From assembly GCA_002792535.1 (NCBI GenBank), contig PFOM01000036.1:11936-75935 (forward strand): a DNA stretch of 64,000 nucleotides, read 5' to 3'. Source of the stretch: Candidatus Peregrinibacteria bacterium CG_4_10_14_0_2_um_filter_38_24. GTDB lineage: Bacteria > Patescibacteriota > Gracilibacteria > UBA1369 > LOWO2-01-FULL-3. The notes beneath the pieces were generated by a model that did not search any database, had not been told where the DNA came from, and worked only from the letters and a program-made list of their open reading frames with translations. Positions 62,999-64,000 of this stretch are shown in pieces (positions within the stretch are counted from its first letter, which is position 1; every line of letters starts with the position of its first letter). The translations under genes and the position numbers were made by a program.

Positions 62999-64000
62999 AT
63001 GCCAAAAGCAAAAAAAACACTTAAAAAATCTTCAAAAGCGCTTTCAAAAAAAGATTCAAAGATAAAAAAATCCGCAAAAAAAGTAGCGAAAGCTATTGTC
63101 AAAAAAGCTTCTCCGAAAAAAGAGAAGAAAATTTTGAAAAAAGCGGAAAAATCTTTGAAGAAAGCCAAAAAAAAGACACCTAAGGCCGCTCCGGAAAAGA
63201 AAAAAGATATGGTTTTGCCTTCGGAAATTCCGATTAAGCAAGAATTGATTATGACAAGGAGCAAGCGAAAACACATTACTCCTCAAATTGATGAAAACGT
63301 ACTTATTCCAGGACTTATCGAAGTACAAACAAATTCTTACAAATGGTTTTTAGAAGAAGGAATTCGTGAATTATTAGACGAAATTTCCCCTATCCAAGAT
63401 TTCTCAGGAAAAAAACTTGAGCTAAAATTTTTAGACCACTCATTAGGAGAAATCAAATACAACGCCGAGGAAGCAATGAAGAAAAACATTACTTTCGAAG
63501 CTCCATTAAAAGTACACGTACAGCTTATAAACAAAGAGACAGGTGAAATTAAAGAGCAAGATGTATTTCTAGGAAACATTCCACTGATGACAAATCGTGG
63601 AACATTCATCGTAAACGGAATTGAAAGAGTAGTTGTGAGCCAAATCGTACGTTCACCGGGTGTTTTCTTCTCAAAAAACCCAGCCGCTCCGGGACTACAC
63701 AGCGCAAAAATTATTCCAAAACGTGGAGCATGGCTTGAAATCGAAACAGACAAAAAAGGAATTATCACAGTAAAAATCGACAGAAAAAGAAAAATCCCGA
63801 TCACTTCCCTACTTCGAGTATTCGGATACAAAACAGACAAAGAAATCGGAGACCTATTCAAAGACGAAATAAAAGACATCGAGCAAGATTCGATCACATT
63901 AACCCTTGGAAAAGACCAAGCGGAAACACCGGAAGAAGCATACCAGAATATTTATAAAAAAATTCGTCCCGGCGATTTAGCAACAGCTGAAAACGCGAAA
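62999..64000 (+). CDS. rpoB: DNA-directed RNA polymerase beta subunit, 5' part (runs off the window), with an in-frame lysine-rich N-terminal extension
   Basis: Not in the ORF track because no stop lies within the window. The frame is open from the ATG at 62999 to base 64000. The conserved RpoB N-terminus starts at the ATG at 63251 (MTRSKRKHITPQIDENVLIPGLIEVQTNSYKWFLEEGIRELLDEISPIQDF...FIVNGIERVVVSQIVRSPGVFF). The 84 codons before it are in frame and Lys/Ala/Ser/Pro-rich. Confidence 0.95.
   Translation, partial: MPKAKKTLKKSSKALSKKDSKIKKSAKKVAKAIVKKASPKKEKKILKKAEKSLKKAKKKTPKAAPEKKKDMVLPSEIPIKQELIMTRSKRKHITPQIDENVLIPGLIEVQTNSYKWFLEEGIRELLDEISPIQDFSGKKLELKFLDHSLGEIKYNAEEAMKKNITFEAPLKVHVQLINKETGEIKEQDVFLGNIPLMTNRGTFIVNGIERVVVSQIVRSPGVFFSKNPAAPGLHSAKIIPKRGAWLEIETDKKGIITVKIDRKRKIPITSLLRVFGYKTDKEIGDLFKDEIKDIEQDSITLTLGKDQAETPEEAYQNIYKKIRPGDLATAENAK

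Noticed and set aside
62971-63897. Three minus-strand ORFs (101, 90 and 186 aa)
   Set aside because: They are antisense shadows of rpoB, whose plus-strand frame is open from 62999 to the window end and carries unmistakable RpoB motifs. The ORF track omits rpoB only because no stop lies in the window.
1-64000. Alternative genetic code (UGA recoding, as in some candidate phyla)
   Set aside because: TGA terminates conserved genes at their expected ends: secA after the CPCGSGKKHKKCCG tail, rpmH, and the ABC permease after DPITALK. All conserved genes are intact under the standard code.
1-64000. CRISPR arrays, IS elements, integrases, rRNA genes
   Set aside because: I saw no regularly spaced direct repeats, transposase or integrase motifs, or rRNA-like sequence while reading both strands. 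The only nucleotide-level repeats noted are the 20-nt pair at 1264/1363 and short palindromes.

Overview
A 64-kb chromosomal segment from a low-GC bacterium. Coding strands are strongly A-rich, genes are tightly packed, and there is no visible Shine-Dalgarno usage. Gene content looks reduced and CPR/Patescibacteria-like, but that lineage call is inference only. All family calls come from motifs I recognise in the translations; no searches were run. The standard genetic code applies, since TGA terminates conserved genes at the expected ends.

I support about 60 CDS, one tRNA-Glu(UUC), one gene remnant and a set of regulatory sites.

Housekeeping genes:
- Secretion and division: secA, ftsK, mraY, rsmH plus an ftsL-like gene.
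- The rpmH-rnpA-yidC-khpB cluster; rpmH is below the ORF-track cutoff and was found by hand.
- Purine synthesis: a PurS-PurS-PurL fusion plus purQ.
- Translation: gltX, serS, epmA-efp.
- Central metabolism: ackA, a class I aldolase, two gap paralogs, pgi.
- Other: class II RNR nrdJ, hrcA-grpE-dnaK, and the 5' part of rpoB.

Envelope genes: a sugar transferase, two SLH-domain proteins, an LCP ligase, a DD-carboxypeptidase, a short ComEC and a DUF2207 protein.

Regulatory sites: two CIRCE operators (one a perfect consensus), tandem NrdR-like boxes before nrdJ, and several near-consensus sigma70-type promoters. One of these, before dinD, has an 18-bp palindrome exactly filling its spacer.

Best candidates for something undescribed:
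1. A two-gene module at 45.98-47.02 kb, directly upstream of the heat-shock operon. It pairs a MerR-type HTH fused to an RsbW/SpoIIAB-like GHKL ATPase with a STAS-like DUF4325 protein.
2. An AT-rich islet at 50.9-52.75 kb with small membrane ORFs, a HEPN-like Rx4H protein and a DUF1643 protein, next to dinD.

Other oddities: a protein starting with an FtsZ C-terminal-peptide-like motif, an 846-aa hyper-charged ORFan, a lysine-rich in-frame extension on rpoB, and an orphan HicB-like antitoxin beside the tRNA.

No CRISPR array, transposase, integrase or rRNA was seen.
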